64,000 nucleotides of DNA, taken from positions 3,522,581-3,586,580 of the forward strand of contig OY969800.1 in assembly GCA_963703215.1 (NCBI GenBank), written 5' to 3'. The notes under the pieces are model-generated. The model searched no databases. It was not told where the DNA came from and worked only from the letters and a program-made list of their open reading frames with translations. Positions 61,940-64,000 of the stretch are shown here, in pieces. Positions within the stretch are counted from its first letter, which is position 1. Each line of letters starts with the position of its first letter. The position numbers and the translations under genes were made by a program. This DNA is from an uncultured Bacteroidota bacterium (GTDB lineage: Bacteria; Bacteroidota; Ignavibacteria; Kryptoniales; JAKASW01).

Positions 61940-62716
61940 TTAATATGGAGACACCTGAATGCCATGCGAGCTCGCTCTATCTGGTGCCACATTTCCAGCA
62001 TTATCCAGATAGTTGCCGAACTCGTTCATGACACGGATTTCCCAACCACCGTTCCGATTCATTATCCTCACCTCTTCACCCAAGCCGTTTCTAAAAAGGT
62101 ATCCTCCTCCGCTTTCGGACAAACTTTGGGTAAAGCCACTTTTGAGAAGAAGGTCACGAATTCCAATAATACTTTTTCCTTCCACTGTACCACCCTCAAA
62201 TAGTGCCTTCAACGCACTTGAAGCTACTCTTAAACCAGAGGGAAGTTCTTCTGGCCCCCCAGGGATATTTACAATTCCCATACTTATGGTTGGCCTTGGC
62301 GCGAACCATCTTGCTCCGTTTGCGGTCGGTACGATTTCACGGTTAGGCTGCATATAATGAAAGCGACCCATGAACGGGTCAATCACAGTGTATTGAGCAA
62401 GAGTTAAAATTGTGAAATTGCCAGAAACATAATTAGGGCTTTGCTGTCCCCAAGAAATTATATCAGGCGAGTTATCGATTGGCACTAAATCATGATTTTG
62501 ATTGTAAGCATACGTCGTATCTCCGCTAGGGTCTATATTCCGCAACGGATTGCAGAGTCCGTAATTGTACGGAGACCAGCCAGGGTACAACATTAGATAT
62601 GGGTCAGGGGTGCACCATTGCGCACGCCATGAATCAAAATATCTGTGAGCATAGCTCGGTTGAACAAACGTGAATGCCAAAAGAAGAAATGAGAAAAAGT
62701 AAGTAGTCTTTTTCAT
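61940..62716 (-). CDS. Signal-peptide mini-RHS toxin 3 with putative RNase-like C-terminal domain
   Basis: Sec signal + RHS core; C-terminus VRIM...IRVMNEFGNYLDNAGN...SH. Confidence 0.78.
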   Translation of the reverse strand: MKKTTYFFSFLLLAFTFVQPSYAHRYFDSWRAQWCTPDPYLMLYPGWSPYNYGLCNPLRNIDPSGDTTYAYNQNHDLVPIDNSPDIISWGQQSPNYVSGNFTILTLAQYTVIDPFMGRFHYMQPNREIVPTANGARWFAPRPTISMGIVNIPGGPEELPSGLRVASSALKALFEGGTVEGKSIIGIRDLLLKSGFTQSLSESGGGYLFRNGLGEEVRIMNRNGGWEIRVMNEFGNYLDNAGNVAPDRASSHGIQVSPY

Positions 62717-64000
62717 CGGAATGCCCTTTCAGTTAGTCAGTATTGTCCTGTTCGTTTAAACTTCTCAATTGATTCTGCTTGCTTGATGAAAAACTCTTTT
62801 GGAAACTTCAGCACGATTCCAAGTTCCTTAGCTTTTGCTTTTAATTTATGCCCAAGGTTTATGAGTTCCAATATTTGCTTTCCGTAGCTGTCGTTTATAT
62901 AAGCAATCTCTCCCATCATCTCCGCCTCGTCATTCTGTTGCTGTACGTTGGGATTCTGGTTGACAGGGAATTGATTGTAAGGATTATTCGGCTTTTGAAG
63001 AATTGACGGAGGTTGCGGGGCCATATTCCTTGTGTATTGGTCGAACATGTCGGTTACTGGAATTCTTGGTTGTGTCGGGTCGGAAGGCGTCTGTTGGATA
63101 AACTGGTCGGGGTGCATTATCTGCATTGGTTCTGGGGTAGGATTCACTGGTAACTGCGGTGATGGTTGCCGCGTTGGGTAGTTGTCCACAACGTAGCTTC
63201 GCTTCACATCTTGAATCCTTTCGTACCTGATACTGTCCAGTTCTATCGCTTTCTTCCTGCAAAGCTCGCCGAGGTTCCACCACGCACTTGAGTTGGTGGA
63301 GTCGTAGGAGAGGGAAAGCCGTGTGTAGTAAATGGCTCTGTCCAAATCTTTCTTTTTCTCTGCGAAGTACCTTGCATTCACTTCGAGAAGCCCTGCAACA
63401 TATTCTTTGTTCGTGAGAACTCTTTCATAAACTCCATTCTTGATAGCCTTCTTCGGCTCTCCTGCATCGCGCGCGTAACGCCATGTCGGTATCCATCCCC
63501 CACCGCAGGTCGCTTCGATATTATCGTACTTGAGACCTTTCTTGATGTAACGACAATAGAAATGCTTAGCACTTCTGACAGGTCTGATGGGCCAGCCGAG
63601 CCTCTGCACCAAGGCAAGGTGGAGCATCGACATCGTAATACAAGAACCATGCTTCGTTGCGATATATCCGTTCAGAAATTGGTCGTTGGTGCTGTCGGCG
63701 TCGAGGTCATCAAGATTATAAGTGAATGTGATGGCATCGTTCCACCATCCAGGCCGATATAGGTAGGTATTCATCATGCTAATCCGAACCGTGGGGTCGG
63801 TTTTCCCTTCGCAAAGCGGTCGAATGTGGTCAGCCATATAGTTGAGACTGTAATCGAAGAAATTTATGTTGAGATTCGGATACGCATCCTTTGCAAGAAC
63901 GAGACAAGCTATTCCAATATTGATGCTGTCCTCTGGCATGGCAAGAATTTGCTCAATGGTTTGTCCTGTGTATTTCGATTGTGGCACGGACTCGTTGGGA
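62252..64000. repeat. Long direct repeat, copy B
   Basis: Matches 59429-61177. Confidence 0.9.
62737..64000 (-). CDS. SirB1/transglutaminase-like protein, copy 3 (5' end beyond window)
   Basis: Nearly identical to copy 2 in the catalytic domain; the signal peptide would lie past 64000. Confidence 0.75.
   Translation of the reverse strand, partial: PNESVPQSKYTGQTIEQILAMPEDSINIGIACLVLAKDAYPNLNINFFDYSLNYMADHIRPLCEGKTDPTVRISMMNTYLYRPGWWNDAITFTYNLDDLDADSTNDQFLNGYIATKHGSCITMSMLHLALVQRLGWPIRPVRSAKHFYCRYIKKGLKYDNIEATCGGGWIPTWRYARDAGEPKKAIKNGVYERVLTNKEYVAGLLEVNARYFAEKKKDLDRAIYYTRLSLSYDSTNSSAWWNLGELCRKKAIELDSIRYERIQDVKRSYVVDNYPTRQPSPQLPVNPTPEPMQIMHPDQFIQQTPSDPTQPRIPVTDMFDQYTRNMAPQPPSILQKPNNPYNQFPVNQNPNVQQQNDEAEMMGEIAYINDSYGKQILELINLGHKLKAKAKELGIVLKFPKEFFIKQAESIEKFKRTGQY

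Larger units (their letters stand above)
41017..64000 (-). mobile_element. Integron-type gene-cassette array (16 attC-like sites; integrase/attI not in window, expected beyond 64000 if present)
   Basis: Co-oriented minus-strand genes separated by related 113-138 bp imperfect palindromes bounded by TAAC...GTTA; the two ends of each cassette are mutually complementary, as in a circularisable cassette. Confidence 0.93.

Overview
Bacterial chromosomal window, probably from the FCB superphylum (Ignavibacteria/Kryptonia-like). This is inferred from a T9SS C-terminal sorting domain together with clear AGGAGG ribosome-binding sites. 1-40.6 kb is mostly housekeeping and accessory genes: PIG-L deacetylase, APC permease, hisS, tRNA-Leu(CAA) with a decayed integrative element, queF, a kdpC-x-F-A-B-B'-D-E locus with an extra degenerate KdpB paralog, a methyltransferase + HNH pair, a yhbDEF-like operon, ABC exporters and an M1 peptidase. 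From about 41.0 kb to the end is an integron-type gene-cassette array on the minus strand: 16 attC-like sites, 15 complete cassettes plus one running off the edge, and no integrase in the window. Two things stand out. (1) Three consecutive ~2.8-3 kb cassettes each carry a secreted SirB1/transglutaminase-like protein, a Sec-signal 'mini-RHS' polymorphic toxin (only the RHS core motif, no barrel) and a different immunity candidate. This looks like an undescribed cassette-borne polymorphic toxin system. (2) The attC sites have atypical geometry, and every cassette is bounded by its own ~16-24 bp inverted repeat extending well beyond the 7-bp R box, with a conserved G-T wobble on the bottom strand. 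Four frameshifts map to GACGTC, suggesting motif-linked sequencing error. Family assignments are from motif recognition by eye; no database searches were run.
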